Assembly (NCBI RefSeq): GCF_017348835.2
Contig: NZ_CP071375.1
DNA length: 64,000 nt
Origin: Escherichia coli
GTDB taxonomy: Bacteria > Pseudomonadota > Gammaproteobacteria > Enterobacterales > Enterobacteriaceae
Reading direction: 5' to 3' (one strand)
Shown: in pieces, positions 37,594 through 48,535 of the stretch
How the letters are laid out: each line of letters begins with the position of its first letter
How positions within the stretch are numbered: position 1 is the first letter of the stretch
The notes under the pieces: generated by a model
What the model was told of the DNA's origin: nothing
Database searches by the model: none
Seen by the model: only the letters and a program-made list of their open reading frames with translations
Translations under genes and position numbers: made by a program

Positions 37594-38490
37594 ATGGCAG
37601 CAATCGCGTTTATCGGTTTAGGACAAATGGGTTCGCCAATGGCGAGCAATTTATTGCAGCAAGGGCACCAACTTCGCGTCTTTGATGTGAATGCCGAGGC
37701 TGTGCGGCATCTGGTAGACAAAGGCGCGACTCCCGCCGCCAACCCGGCGCAGGCCGCTAAAGATGCCGAATTTATCATTACCATGTTGCCGAATGGCGAT
37801 CTGGTGCGCAGCGTGTTGTTCGGTGAAAACGGCGTTTGCGAAAGCTTATCTACCGATGCGCTGGTCATTGATATGTCGACCATCCATCCGCTGCAAACCG
37901 ATAAATTGATTGCCGATATGCAAGCCAAAGGCTTCAGCATGATGGATGTTCCGGTAGGCCGTACTTCTGCAAATGCCATTACCGGTACTCTGTTACTGCT
38001 GGCTGGCGGCACCGCTGAACAAGTTGAACGTGCCACGCCGATCCTGATGGCGATGGGCAGTGAGTTGATCAACGCTGGCGGTCCGGGCATGGGGATCCGC
38101 GTTAAGCTCATCAACAACTATATGAGCATCGCGCTCAATGCACTTTCGGCAGAAGCCGCCGTTTTGTGCGAAGCCCTGAATCTTCCCTTCGATGTTGCCG
38201 TCAAAGTGATGAGCGGTACCGCCGCCGGTAAAGGCCACTTCACCACTTCCTGGCCAAACAAAGTCCTCAGCGGAGATCTTTCTCCCGCCTTCATGATCGA
38301 TCTTGCCCATAAGGATCTTGGCATCGCCCTTGATGTCGCCAACCAGCTGCATGTGCCAATGCCGCTGGGGGCCGCCTCACGGGAGGTTTATAGCCAGGCG
38401 CGCGCAGCGGGTCGCGGTCGCCAGGACTGGTCCGCCATTCTGGAACAGGTCCGTGTCAGTGCCGGGATGACTGCCAAAGTAAAAATGTAA
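37594..38490 (+). CDS. yihU: 3-sulfolactaldehyde reductase YihU (NAD-dependent, HIBADH family)
   Basis: 298 aa with an N-terminal Rossmann motif ([13 protein letters not shown]). Confidence 0.9.
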   Translation: MAAIAFIGLGQMGSPMASNLLQQGHQLRVFDVNAEAVRHLVDKGATPAANPAQAAKDAEFIITMLPNGDLVRSVLFGENGVCESLSTDALVIDMSTIHPLQTDKLIADMQAKGFSMMDVPVGRTSANAITGTLLLLAGGTAEQVERATPILMAMGSELINAGGPGMGIRVKLINNYMSIALNALSAEAAVLCEALNLPFDVAVKVMSGTAAGKGHFTTSWPNKVLSGDLSPAFMIDLAHKDLGIALDVANQLHVPMPLGAASREVYSQARAAGRGRQDWSAILEQVRVSAGMTAKVKM

Positions 38491-38513
38491 CGACTGGATA
38501 AAGGAATAAATGA

Positions 38514-39392
38514 ATGAATAAGTACACCATCAACGACATTACGCGCGCCTCGGGCGGTTTTGCCATGCTGGCGGTCGATCAGCGCGAAGCCATGCGCATG
38601 ATGTTTGCCGCGGCTGGGGCACCCGCTCCGGTAGCCGATAGCGTTTTAACTGATTTCAAAGTTAACGCGGCGAAGACCCTCTCGCCTTATGCCTCGGCGA
38701 TTCTGGTAGATCAACAATTCTGTTACCGCCAGGTGGTTGAGCAAAACGCGATTGCCAAAAGTTGCGCCATGATTGTCGCCGCCGATGAGTTCATTCCTGG
38801 CAACGGTATTCCGGTAGATAGCGTGGTCATTGACCGCAAAATCAATCCGCTACAGATCAAACAAGACGGTGGCAAAGCCTTAAAACTGCTGGTGCTGTGG
38901 CGTAGTGATGAAGATGCGCAGCAACGCCTGGATATGGTGAAAGAGTTTAACGAACTGTGCCACTCACACGGCCTGGTAAGCATTATTGAGCCAGTCGTCC
39001 GCCCACCACGTCGTGGCGATAAATTCGATCGCGAACAAGCGATCATCGATGCCGCCAAAGAGCTGGGCGACAGTGGCGCTGACCTCTACAAAGTTGAAAT
39101 GCCGCTTTACGGTAAAGGTCCGCAACAAGAGCTTCTCAGTGCTTCACAACGTCTGAATAACCATATCAATATGCCGTGGGTGATCCTCTCTTCCGGTGTC
39201 GACGAAAAACTGTTCCCGCGTGCCGTACGCGTGGCAATGACAGCGGGTGCATCGGGCTTCCTGGCTGGTCGTGCCGTCTGGGCATCGGTCGTCGGTTTAC
39301 CAGACAACGAGCTGATGCTGCGTGACGTTTGCGCACCAAAATTACAACAACTTGGCGATATCGTCGACGAAATGATGGCTAAACGCCGTTAA
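38514..39392 (+). CDS. yihT: 6-deoxy-6-sulfofructose-1-phosphate aldolase YihT
   Basis: 292-aa ORF in the conserved position between yihU and yihS. Confidence 0.9.
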   Translation: MNKYTINDITRASGGFAMLAVDQREAMRMMFAAAGAPAPVADSVLTDFKVNAAKTLSPYASAILVDQQFCYRQVVEQNAIAKSCAMIVAADEFIPGNGIPVDSVVIDRKINPLQIKQDGGKALKLLVLWRSDEDAQQRLDMVKEFNELCHSHGLVSIIEPVVRPPRRGDKFDREQAIIDAAKELGDSGADLYKVEMPLYGKGPQQELLSASQRLNNHINMPWVILSSGVDEKLFPRAVRVAMTAGASGFLAGRAVWASVVGLPDNELMLRDVCAPKLQQLGDIVDEMMAKRR

Positions 39393-39407
39393 GATGGGGA
39401 TACAAAA

Positions 39408-40649
39408 ATGAAATGGTTTAACACTTTAAGTCACAACCGTTGGCTGGAACAGGAAACCGATCGCATCTTTGATTTTGGTAAAAATTCCGTAGTACCGACT
39501 GGATTTGGCTGGTTAGGCAATAAAGGGCAAATCAAAGAAGAGATGGGCACCCATCTGTGGATCACAGCTCGTATGTTGCACGTTTATTCCGTTGCTGCGG
39601 CGATGGGTCGACCTGGCGCTTACTCGTTGGTTGATCACGGTATTAAAGCCATGAACGGCGCACTGCGCGATAAAAAATATGGCGGCTGGTATGCCTGTGT
39701 GAATGACGAGGGCGTGGTGGATGCCTCCAAACAGGGCTATCAACATTTCTTTGCTCTGCTGGGTGCTGCCAGCGCCGTCACTACCGGTCATCCGGAAGCG
39801 CGCAAGCTGCTCGATTACACCATTGAAATTATCGAGAAATACTTCTGGAGCGAAGAAGAGCAGATGTGCCTGGAGTCCTGGGACGAAGCCTTCAGCAAAA
39901 CCGAAGAGTACCGCGGCGGCAATGCCAATATGCACGCAGTGGAAGCTTTCTTGATTGTGTATGACGTAACGCATGACAAAAAATGGCTGGATCGCGCGAT
40001 TCGCGTGGCTTCTGTGATTATCCACGACGTCGCCAGAAATAATCATTATCGCGTTAACGAACACTTCGATACCCAGTGGAATCCGCTGCCGGATTACAAC
40101 AAAGATAACCCGGCGCACCGCTTCCGCGCGTTCGGAGGTACACCAGGCCACTGGATCGAATGGGGCCGTTTAATGCTGCACATCCACGCGGCCCTGGAAG
40201 CCCGTTGCGAACAACCGCCAGCATGGCTGCTAGAAGATGCCAAAGGTCTGTTTAACGCCACCGTGCGTGATGCCTGGGCACCCGATGGTGCGGACGGGAT
40301 TGTTTATACCGTTGACTGGGAAGGAAAACCGGTGGTCCGCGAACGTGTGCGTTGGCCTATCGTCGAAGCGATGGGTACGGCCTACGCGCTCTACACCGTC
40401 ACCGGCGATCGCCAGTATGAAACCTGGTATCAGACATGGTGGGACTACTGCATTAAGTACCTGATGGACTATGAAAATGGTTCCTGGTGGCAGGAGCTGG
40501 ATGCGGACAATAAAGTCACCACGAAAGTCTGGGACGGCAAACAGGATATTTATCACCTGCTGCATTGCCTGGTGATCCCGCGTATCCCGTTAGCGCCAGG
40601 CCTGGCTCCGGCAGTTGCGGCGGGTCTGCTGGATATTAACGCGAAATAA
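39408..40649 (+). CDS. yihS: Sulfoquinovose isomerase YihS (AGE superfamily)
   Basis: 413-aa ORF; the antisense ORF 39513..40151 is spurious. Confidence 0.9.
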   Translation: MKWFNTLSHNRWLEQETDRIFDFGKNSVVPTGFGWLGNKGQIKEEMGTHLWITARMLHVYSVAAAMGRPGAYSLVDHGIKAMNGALRDKKYGGWYACVNDEGVVDASKQGYQHFFALLGAASAVTTGHPEARKLLDYTIEIIEKYFWSEEEQMCLESWDEAFSKTEEYRGGNANMHAVEAFLIVYDVTHDKKWLDRAIRVASVIIHDVARNNHYRVNEHFDTQWNPLPDYNKDNPAHRFRAFGGTPGHWIEWGRLMLHIHAALEARCEQPPAWLLEDAKGLFNATVRDAWAPDGADGIVYTVDWEGKPVVRERVRWPIVEAMGTAYALYTVTGDRQYETWYQTWWDYCIKYLMDYENGSWWQELDADNKVTTKVWDGKQDIYHLLHCLVIPRIPLAPGLAPAVAAGLLDINAK

Positions 40650-40715
40650 CTGACTAAAAAAACGACATATCAGGCTGCACGCCGGGTATGTCGTTATTCA
40701 ATAAAGGTACCTCGT

Positions 40716-41618
40716 ATGCAAATCACCAACATGCATTGCAGTGGACAGACCGTTTCACTTGCCGCGGGGGATTATCACGCGACCATTGTGACCGTCGGTG
40801 CAGGTCTGGCTGAATTAACCTTTCAGGGCTGCCATTTAGTTATTCCACATAAACCCGAAGAGATGCCGCTGGCACATCTGGGCAAAGTCCTTATTCCGTG
40901 GCCGAACCGGATCGCCAACGGCTGTTATCGCTATCAGGGGCAGGAATATCAGTTACCCATTAATGAACATGGTTCAAAAGCCGCTGTTCATGGGCTGCTC
41001 GCCTGGCGTGACTGGCAAATCAGCGAATTAACCGCCACCAGCGTTACCCTGACAGCTTTTCTGCCGCCCAGTTACGGCTATCCGTTTATGCTGGCTTCGC
41101 AGGTTGTTTATTCGCTCAATGCACGCACGGGTCTTTCCGTTGAGATCGCAAGTCAGAATATTGGTACTGTGACCGCACCCTATGGTGTGGGTATTCATCC
41201 TTATTTAACCTGCAACTTAACGCCTGTTGATGACTATGTATTCCAGCTTCCGGCAAATCAGGTTTATGCCGTCGATGAGCACGCGAATCCGACAACGCTT
41301 CACCACGTTGATGAGCTGGATTTAAATTTCACGCAGGCGAAAAAAATAGCCGCGACAAAAATCGACCACACCTTTAAAACCGCTAATGATCTGTGGGAAA
41401 TAACCATTACCCATCCACAGCAGGCGCTTTCGGTAAGCCTTTGTTCCGATCAACCCTGGGTACAAATTTATAGCGGTGAAAAATTACAGCGTCAGGGACT
41501 GGCAGTTGAACCTATGAGTTGCCCACCTAACGCCTTTAATTCAGGTCTCGACTTATTATTACTGGAACCAGGGAAAACGCACCGCCTGTTTTTTAATATT
41601 TACGGGCAGCACAATTAA
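40716..41618 (+). CDS. yihR: Aldose-1-epimerase-family protein YihR (sulfoquinovose mutarotase)
   Basis: 300-aa ORF in the conserved position. Confidence 0.88.
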   Translation: MQITNMHCSGQTVSLAAGDYHATIVTVGAGLAELTFQGCHLVIPHKPEEMPLAHLGKVLIPWPNRIANGCYRYQGQEYQLPINEHGSKAAVHGLLAWRDWQISELTATSVTLTAFLPPSYGYPFMLASQVVYSLNARTGLSVEIASQNIGTVTAPYGVGIHPYLTCNLTPVDDYVFQLPANQVYAVDEHANPTTLHHVDELDLNFTQAKKIAATKIDHTFKTANDLWEITITHPQQALSVSLCSDQPWVQIYSGEKLQRQGLAVEPMSCPPNAFNSGLDLLLLEPGKTHRLFFNIYGQHN

Positions 41619-41678
41619 TTTTATTAAGAAAAGAACGAGATCATTGTTTAGAGTTGTATTTACACAACAGGAAATATT

Positions 41679-42554
41679 ATGGACTTTTTTACGTTATTTT
41701 CACCGGATGGGGTCATGCTGGAAACAAACGTGGTATGTATCGTTATCGCGTTAATGTTTCTTTATACCTTTGTGGGGATATGCGCGGGATTTGGCGGTGG
41801 TTTAACCACTATGCCGCTCGTCACGTTAATGCTCCCCGTAAAAATGGCAACACCACTCTCGGTAATTGTCGGCACCGCGACCGCCTTGTACGCCACCTGG
41901 CTGTCACGTAAAGAAACGGATTGGCGATCGGCAATGGTACTGATTATTTTCTCGTTTCTGGGAATACCCGTCGGTTTATATGCGCTGTCGTATTTACCCG
42001 ACCATTTTATGAAAGTGGGCTTAGGCGGATTCCTTATCCTGTACTCCTTTTACAGTATGTTTATTCCACGCCTGCCGATTTATGACCGTAGCTGGATCGC
42101 CGCACCTATCGGTGCAGTAGCAGGCGCATTAGGCGCAGCTTTCTCAACCAACGGACCACCGATGGTTATCTACGGTATGCTGCGTAACTTAGGCCCGGCG
42201 GCATTTCGTGGCACTCTGAACGCTTTCTTCACCGCAAACAACATCGCGGTGATCGGCGGGCTGGCGACCAGCGGAATTTTGACTGTTTCGATCTTTAAAC
42301 TGGTGCTGTTTTGTATTCCCACCATGATCCTCGGTTCACTGGTTGGACAATATGTGCATAAACGTATTTCAGTCAAAGTGTTCCGTGTGATGGTCTTTTT
42401 ATTGCTGATTGCCTCCGGTTCCATGTTGATAAAAGGCGCGCTGGGAATTCCCGCCGCTGCCGCACTTCTACCTCCGTTTACCTTGTTAGTTATACTGCAA
42501 CTGGTATTTGGTAAAAAAGTGGCGGCAATCCGTCAGGCTGAAGCAAGTAAATAA
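41679..42554 (+). CDS. TauE/SafE-family membrane transporter (putative sulfite/organosulfonate exporter)
   Basis: 291-aa polytopic membrane protein with the two glycine-rich repeats typical of the family (AGFGGGLTTMP and GALGAAFSTNGPPM); RBS AGGAAAT upstream. I recall no gene at this position in K-12. Confidence 0.75.
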   Translation: MDFFTLFSPDGVMLETNVVCIVIALMFLYTFVGICAGFGGGLTTMPLVTLMLPVKMATPLSVIVGTATALYATWLSRKETDWRSAMVLIIFSFLGIPVGLYALSYLPDHFMKVGLGGFLILYSFYSMFIPRLPIYDRSWIAAPIGAVAGALGAAFSTNGPPMVIYGMLRNLGPAAFRGTLNAFFTANNIAVIGGLATSGILTVSIFKLVLFCIPTMILGSLVGQYVHKRISVKVFRVMVFLLLIASGSMLIKGALGIPAAAALLPPFTLLVILQLVFGKKVAAIRQAEASK

Positions 42555-42661
42555 TCACTTATGCGGGTTTAAATTTATATCCGCACACATTCTTTAATTA
42601 ATTAAACCTGTAATAACAGGATGGCATGAAATATTAGCTTTATACTCTATGGAGATTAGTT

Positions 42662-44698
42662 ATGGATACGCCACGCCCACAATTACCAGATTTTCAGTTT
42701 CATCAGAATAACGACAGTTTTACCCTACATTTTCAACAGCGTCTTATTTTAACCCATAGCAAAGATAATCCTTGTTTATGGATTGGTTCAGGTATTGCGG
42801 ATATCGATATGTTCCGCGGCAATTTCAGCATTAAAGATAAACTACAGGAGAAAATTGCGCTTACCGACGCCATCGTCAGCCAGTCACCGGATGGTTGGTT
42901 AATCCATTTCAGCCGTGGTTCTGACATTAGCGCCACGCTGAATATCTCTGCCGACGATCAGGGCCGTTTATTGCTGGAACTACAAAACGACAACCTTAAC
43001 CACAACCGTATCTGGCTGCGCCTTGCCGCTCAACCAGAGGACCATATCTACGGCTGCGGCGAACAGTTTTCCTACTTCGATCTGCGTGGCAAACCGTTCC
43101 CGCTATGGACCAGTGAACAAGGCGTTGGTCGCAACAAACAAACCTATGTCACCTGGCAGGCCGACTGCAAAGAAAATGCGGGCGGCGACTATTACTGGAC
43201 TTTCTTCCCGCAGCCTACGTTTGTCAGCACGCAGAAGTATTACTGCCATGTTGATAACAGTTGCTATATGAACTTCGACTTTAGTGCCCCGGAATACCAT
43301 GAACTGGCGCTGTGGGAAGACAAAGCAACGCTGCGTTTTGAATGTGCTGATACATACATCTCCCTGCTGGAAAAATTAACCGCGCTGCTGGGACGCCAGC
43401 CAGAACTGCCCGACTGGATTTATGACGGAGTAACGCTCGGCATTCAGGGCGGCACTGAGGTGTGCCAGAAGAAACTGGATACCATGCGTAACGCGGGCGT
43501 GAAGGTCAACGGCATCTGGGCGCAGGACTGGTCCGGGATCCGTATGACCTCTTTTGGCAAACGCGTAATGTGGAACTGGAAGTGGAACAGCGAAAACTAC
43601 CCGCAACTGGATTCGCGTATCAAGCAGTGGAACAAAGAGGGCGTGCAGTTCCTTGCCTATATCAACCCGTATGTTGCCAGTGATAAAGATCTCTGCGAAG
43701 AGGCGGCAAAGCGCGGTTATCTGGCAAAAGATGTCGCCGGTGGCGACTATCTGGTGGAGTTTGGCGAGTTCTACGGCGGCGTTGTCGATCTCACCAATCC
43801 GGAAGCCTACGCCTGGTTCAAGGAAGTTATCAAAAAGAACATGATTGAACTCGGCTGCGGCGGCTGGATGGCTGACTTCGGCGAGTATCTGCCCACCGAC
43901 ACGTACCTGCATAACGGCATCAGCGCGGAAATTATGCATAACGCCTGGCCCGCGCTGTGGGCGAAATGTAACTACGAAGCCCTTGAAGAAACGGGCAAGC
44001 TCGGCGAGATCCTCTTCTTTATGCGCGCCGGTTCTACCGGTAGCCAGAAATACTCCACCATGATGTGGGCGGGAGACCAGAACGTCGACTGGAGTCTGGA
44101 CGATGGCCTTGCGTCCGTTGTCCCGGCGGCGCTGTCGCTGGCAATGACCGGACATGGTCTGCATCACAGCGACATTGGCGGTTATACCACCCTGTTTGAG
44201 ATGAAGCGCAGCAAAGAGCTGCTGTTGCGCTGGTGCGATTTCAGCGCCTTCACGCCGATGATGCGCACCCACGAAGGTAACCGTCCGGGCGACAACTGGC
44301 AGTTTGACGGCGACGCGGAAACTATCGCCCATTTCGCCCGTATGACCACCGTCTTCACCACCCTGAAACCTTACCTGAAAGAGGCCGTCGCGCTGAATGC
44401 GAAGTCCGGCCTGCCGGTTATGCGCCCGCTGTTCCTGCATTACGAAGACGACGCGCAGACCTATTCCCTGAAATATCAGTACCTGTTAGGTCGCGACATT
44501 CTGGTTGCTCCGGTACACGAAGAAGGTCGCAGCGACTGGACGCTCTATCTGCCAGAGGATAACTGGGTCCACGCCTGGACCGGAGAAACCTTCCACGGTG
44601 GAGAAATAACTGTTGAAGCGCCCATCGGCAAGCCGCCGGTCTTTTATCGCGCCGACAGCGAATGGGCTGCACTGTTCGCCTCGTTAAAAAGCATCTAA
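42662..44698 (+). CDS. yihQ: Sulfoquinovosidase YihQ (GH31 family)
   Basis: 678-aa ORF; the antisense ORF 43376..44440 is spurious. Confidence 0.92.
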   Translation: MDTPRPQLPDFQFHQNNDSFTLHFQQRLILTHSKDNPCLWIGSGIADIDMFRGNFSIKDKLQEKIALTDAIVSQSPDGWLIHFSRGSDISATLNISADDQGRLLLELQNDNLNHNRIWLRLAAQPEDHIYGCGEQFSYFDLRGKPFPLWTSEQGVGRNKQTYVTWQADCKENAGGDYYWTFFPQPTFVSTQKYYCHVDNSCYMNFDFSAPEYHELALWEDKATLRFECADTYISLLEKLTALLGRQPELPDWIYDGVTLGIQGGTEVCQKKLDTMRNAGVKVNGIWAQDWSGIRMTSFGKRVMWNWKWNSENYPQLDSRIKQWNKEGVQFLAYINPYVASDKDLCEEAAKRGYLAKDVAGGDYLVEFGEFYGGVVDLTNPEAYAWFKEVIKKNMIELGCGGWMADFGEYLPTDTYLHNGISAEIMHNAWPALWAKCNYEALEETGKLGEILFFMRAGSTGSQKYSTMMWAGDQNVDWSLDDGLASVVPAALSLAMTGHGLHHSDIGGYTTLFEMKRSKELLLRWCDFSAFTPMMRTHEGNRPGDNWQFDGDAETIAHFARMTTVFTTLKPYLKEAVALNAKSGLPVMRPLFLHYEDDAQTYSLKYQYLLGRDILVAPVHEEGRSDWTLYLPEDNWVHAWTGETFHGGEITVEAPIGKPPVFYRADSEWAALFASLKSI

Positions 44699-44743
44699 TC
44701 ATGTCCGCCCGTGGGGAAACTCACGGGCACAGGGAGAACAAAG

Positions 44744-46129
44744 ATGAGTCACATCACAACGGAAGATCCAGCAACTTTACGCTTGCCCTTTAAAGAGAAA
44801 CTCTCTTACGGTATTGGCGACCTGGCCTCTAACATTTTGCTGGATATCGGCACGCTTTATCTTTTGAAATTTTATACCGACGTTCTGGGGCTGCCTGGCA
44901 CCTATGGCGGCATTATCTTTTTGATCTCGAAATTCTTTACTGCGTTTACGGATATGGGTACCGGCATCATGCTGGATTCCCGACGCAAGATCGGTCCAAA
45001 AGGTAAGTTCCGTCCTTTTATTCTGTATGCGTCATTCCCGGTCACCTTACTGGCAATCGCCAACTTTATCGGCACGCCGTTTGACGTCACCGGTAAAACG
45101 GTGATGGCCACCATCCTGTTTATGCTCTACGGACTGTTTTTCAGCATGATGAACTGCCCCTATGGCGCAATGGTTCCCGCCATTACCAAAAACCCCAACG
45201 AACGCGCATCGCTGGCGGCATGGCGTCAGGGTGGTGCTACATTGGGCCTGCTGCTGTGTACAGTGGGATTCGTGCCGGTGATGAACCTTATCGAAGGTAA
45301 TCCGCAACTGAGCTACGTTTTCGCCGCCACGCTATTTTCACTGTTCGGCCTGCTGTTTATGTGGATCTGCTACTCGGGCGTGAAAGAGCGTTATGTCGAA
45401 ACCCAACCTGCTAATCAGGCGCAAAAGCCAGGCTTGCTGCAATCTTTCCGCGCAATTGCCGGTAACCGCCCACTGTTCATTCTGTGTATTGCCAACCTCT
45501 GCACCTTAGGGGCGTTTAACGTCAAGCTCGCCATTCAGGTCTATTACACCCAGTACGTGCTTAACGATCCCATCCTGTTGTCGTATATGGGATTTTTTAG
45601 CATGGGCTGTATTTTCATCGGCGTGTTCCTGATGCCTGGCGCAGTTAGACGTTTTGGTAAGAAGAAGGTCTATATCGGCGGCCTGCTGATTTGGGTGTTG
45701 GGCGATCTGCTCAACTATTTCTTCGGCGGCGGTTCGGTCAGCTTCGTGGCGTTCTCCTGCCTGGCATTCTTCGGCTCAGCGTTTGTTAACAGCCTGAACT
45801 GGGCGCTGGTTTCCGACACCGTCGAGTACGGCGAGTGGCGTACCGGCGTTCGTTCGGAAGGTACGGTCTACACCGGTTTCACCTTCTTTCGCAAAGTGTC
45901 TCAGGCGCTGGCTGGTTTCTTCCCCGGCTGGATGCTGACGCAAATCGGTTATGTGCCGAACGTGGCGCAGGCTGACCACACCATTGAAGGGTTGCGCCAG
46001 CTGATCTTCATCTACCCAAGCGCACTGGCGGTAGTCACCATTGTGGCGATGGGCTGCTTCTACAGCCTGAACGAGAAGATGTATGTCCGCATTGTTGAAG
46101 AAATAGAAGCCCGTAAACGCACGGCGTAA
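44744..46129 (+). CDS. yihP: GPH-family sugar:cation symporter YihP
   Basis: Track ORF 44711..46129; start placed at MSHITTEDPATLRL with RBS GGGAGA, giving about 461 aa; paralogous to yihO. Confidence 0.88.
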   Translation: MSHITTEDPATLRLPFKEKLSYGIGDLASNILLDIGTLYLLKFYTDVLGLPGTYGGIIFLISKFFTAFTDMGTGIMLDSRRKIGPKGKFRPFILYASFPVTLLAIANFIGTPFDVTGKTVMATILFMLYGLFFSMMNCPYGAMVPAITKNPNERASLAAWRQGGATLGLLLCTVGFVPVMNLIEGNPQLSYVFAATLFSLFGLLFMWICYSGVKERYVETQPANQAQKPGLLQSFRAIAGNRPLFILCIANLCTLGAFNVKLAIQVYYTQYVLNDPILLSYMGFFSMGCIFIGVFLMPGAVRRFGKKKVYIGGLLIWVLGDLLNYFFGGGSVSFVAFSCLAFFGSAFVNSLNWALVSDTVEYGEWRTGVRSEGTVYTGFTFFRKVSQALAGFFPGWMLTQIGYVPNVAQADHTIEGLRQLIFIYPSALAVVTIVAMGCFYSLNEKMYVRIVEEIEARKRTA

Positions 46130-46171
46130 TAATAATAAACAACGCCCTGCGGGGCGTTATAAGGAGTGATT

Positions 46172-46694
46172 ATGTCTGACCATAATCCACTGACATTAAA
46201 ACTGAATCTGCGGGAAAAAATCGCCTATGGTATGGGCGACGTCGGTTCGAATTTAATGCTTAGCATCGGTACTCTGTATCTCCTCAAATTTTATACCGAT
46301 GAATTAGGGATGCCAGCTTACTATGGCGGGATTATCTTTCTGGTGGCGAAGTTTTTTACCGCGTTTACCGATATGCTCACCGGATTTTTACTCGACTCGC
46401 GGAAAAATATTGGGCCTAAAGGCAAATTTCGTCCCTTTATTTTATATGCAGCGGTTCCGGCGGCGTTAATTGCAACGCTCCAGTTTATCGCCACCACCTT
46501 TAGTTTGCCGGTTAAAACGACGATTGCCACCGCGCTGTTTATGATGTTTGGACTTTCATACAGTCTGATGAACTGCTCGTATGGTGCGATGATCCCGGCA
46601 ATTACCAAAAACCCGAATGAGCGCGCGCAGCTCGCGGCTTACCGCCAGGGTGGTGCAACCATAGGGCTATTGATTTGTACCGTGGCGTTTATTC
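46172..46694 (+). pseudogene. yihO: yihO, N-terminal fragment truncated by the IS
   Basis: MSDHNPLTLKLNLREKIAYGMGD... runs into the IS left end at 46695; the track ORF's last residues (NRPGNPGD) are read from IS sequence. Confidence 0.85.
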
Positions 46695-46748
46695 TGAACC
46701 GCCCCGGAAATCCTGGAGACTAAACTCCCTGAGAAAGAGGTAAACAGG

Positions 46749-47075
46749 ATGACTAAAAATACTCGTTTTTCCCCCGAAGTCCGTCAGCGGGCGATTCGTA
46801 TGGTTCTGGAAAGTCAGGATGAATATGACTCACAGTGGGCGGCAATTTGTTCCATTGCCCCAAAGATTGGCTGTACGCCGGAGACTCTGCGTGTCTGGGT
46901 TCGCCAGCATGAGCGGGATACCGGGAGTGGTGATGGTGGACTCACCACCGCTGAACGTCAGCGTCTGAAAGAGCTGGAACGTGAAAATCGTGAACTGCGC
47001 CGCAGTAACGATATCCTTCGCCAGGCTTCCGCTTATTTTGCGAAGGCGGAGTTCGACCGCCTCTGGAAAAAATAA
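46749..47075 (+). CDS. IS3-family transposase OrfA, copy 2
   Basis: Protein identical to the copy-1 OrfA. Confidence 0.9.
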   Translation: MTKNTRFSPEVRQRAIRMVLESQDEYDSQWAAICSIAPKIGCTPETLRVWVRQHERDTGSGDGGLTTAERQRLKELERENRELRRSNDILRQASAYFAKAEFDRLWKK

Positions 47076-47962
47076 TGCCACTGCTGGATAAGCTGCGTGA
47101 GCAGTACGGGGGCGGACCGGTATGCAGCGAACTGCATATTGCCCCGTCAACGTATTACCATTGTCAGCAACAGCGACATCATCCGGATAAACGCAGTGCC
47201 CGTGCGCAGCACGATGACTGGCTGAAGAAAGAGATACAGCGCGTATACGATGAAAATCACCAGGTATACGGTGTGCGTAAAGTCTGGCGTCAGTTGTTAC
47301 GGGAAGGTATCAGAGTGGCCAGATGCACTGTGGCACGTCTCATGGCAGTTATGGGACTTGCCGGTGTTCTCCGGGGTAAAAAGGTCCGCACTACCGTCAG
47401 CCGGAAAGCCGTTGCCGCATGCGACCGCGTAAACCGTCAGTTCGTGGCAGAACGTCCAGACCAGTTGTGGGTGGCTGATTTTACCTGGGTAAGCACATGG
47501 CAGGGCTTCGTTTATGTGGCGTTCATCATTGATGTGTTCGCCGGATACATCGTGGGATGGCAGGTCTCATCATCCATGGAAACAACATTCGTGCTGGATG
47601 CACTGGAGCAGGCGTTGTGGGCCCGTCGGCCGTCCGGCACAATCCATCACAGTGATAAAGGTTCTCAGTATGTATCGCTGGCCTACACGCAGCGGCTTAA
47701 GGAAGCCGGATTACTGGCATCAACAGGGAGTACTGGCGACTCGTATGACAACGCGATGGCTGAGAGCATCAATGGTCTTTACAAAGCGGAGGTAATACAC
47801 CGTAAGAGCTGGAAAAACCGGACAGAAGTGGAACTGGCCACACTAACGTGGGTGGACTGGTATAACAATCGACGATTGCTGGAAAGGCTGGGCCATATTC
47901 CTCCGGCAGAAGCAGAAAAAGCTTATTATGCTTCCATCGGAAATAATGATCTGGCAGCCTGA
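47075..47962 (+). CDS. IS3-family transposase OrfB (DDE), copy 2
   Basis: Protein identical to the copy-1 OrfB; -1 frame relative to orfA. Confidence 0.9.
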   Translation: MPLLDKLREQYGGGPVCSELHIAPSTYYHCQQQRHHPDKRSARAQHDDWLKKEIQRVYDENHQVYGVRKVWRQLLREGIRVARCTVARLMAVMGLAGVLRGKKVRTTVSRKAVAACDRVNRQFVAERPDQLWVADFTWVSTWQGFVYVAFIIDVFAGYIVGWQVSSSMETTFVLDALEQALWARRPSGTIHHSDKGSQYVSLAYTQRLKEAGLLASTGSTGDSYDNAMAESINGLYKAEVIHRKSWKNRTEVELATLTWVDWYNNRRLLERLGHIPPAEAEKAYYASIGNNDLAA

Positions 47963-48004
47963 GTTCACAGATAAAACACTCTCCAGGAAACCCGGGGCGG
48001 TTCA

Positions 48005-48223
48005 ATGGGCAGAATTTTACTCGATTTATCCGATGAGGTGATTAAGCGACTTGATGATCTCGAGGTGCAGCGTAATCTTCCTCGTGCGGACCTATTAAGG
48101 GAAGCGGTAGATCAATACCTGATAAATCAATCGCAAACAGCAAGAACCAGTGTTCCTGGCATCTGGCAAGGGTGTGAGGAAGATGGTGTCGAATATCAGC
48201 GTAAGCTGCGCGAGGAATGGTAA
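48005..48223 (+). CDS. yiiF: Ribbon-helix-helix (CopG-like) small protein YiiF
   Basis: 72 aa [39 protein letters not shown]...; the ATG is the first base after the IS right end, so the native upstream region is displaced. Confidence 0.8.
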   Translation: MGRILLDLSDEVIKRLDDLEVQRNLPRADLLREAVDQYLINQSQTARTSVPGIWQGCEEDGVEYQRKLREEW

Positions 48224-48249
48224 TGGGAAAAAATGATGTCAATCAGATT

Positions 48250-48380
48250 GCTGACAACGTGCGCGTTGTTCATGCCGGATGCGGCGTGAACGCCTTATCC
48301 GGCCTACAAAGTCGTATAAATTCAATGTATTGCAGTTTATTGGTAGGCCTGATAAGCACAGCGCATCAGGCAATCTTACG
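48250..48380. repeat. REP (repetitive extragenic palindromic) elements
   Basis: GCCGGATGCGGCGTGAACGCCTTATCCGGCCTAC and GTAGGCCTGATAAGCACAGCGCATCAGGCA motifs; similar REP units occur at about 12990..13080, 16440..16540 and 26340..26410. Confidence 0.8.
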
Positions 48381-48535
48381 CTTGTCATCAGTCTCATGCC
48401 CATAACCTTATTGATGTGGTGGTGGGTAAATTGGCGGCATAGCTTGAGGTGGTAACGCGGAATACGAGAGATGGTGTCGTCACACCCTATGAGCTGTAAT
48501 CCGGGCGACCAGCGCCACCCGGAAAACGTCAGAGA

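Larger units (their letters stand above)
46695..48004 (+). mobile_element. IS3-family insertion sequence (IS629/IS1203/IS3411-like), copy 2, 1310 bp
   Basis: Identical to copy 1 in the opposite orientation; left end TGAACCGCCCCGGAAATCCTGGAGAC, right end ...CCAGGAAACCCGGGGCGGTTCA; flanked by TTC on the left and ATG on the right. Confidence 0.9.
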
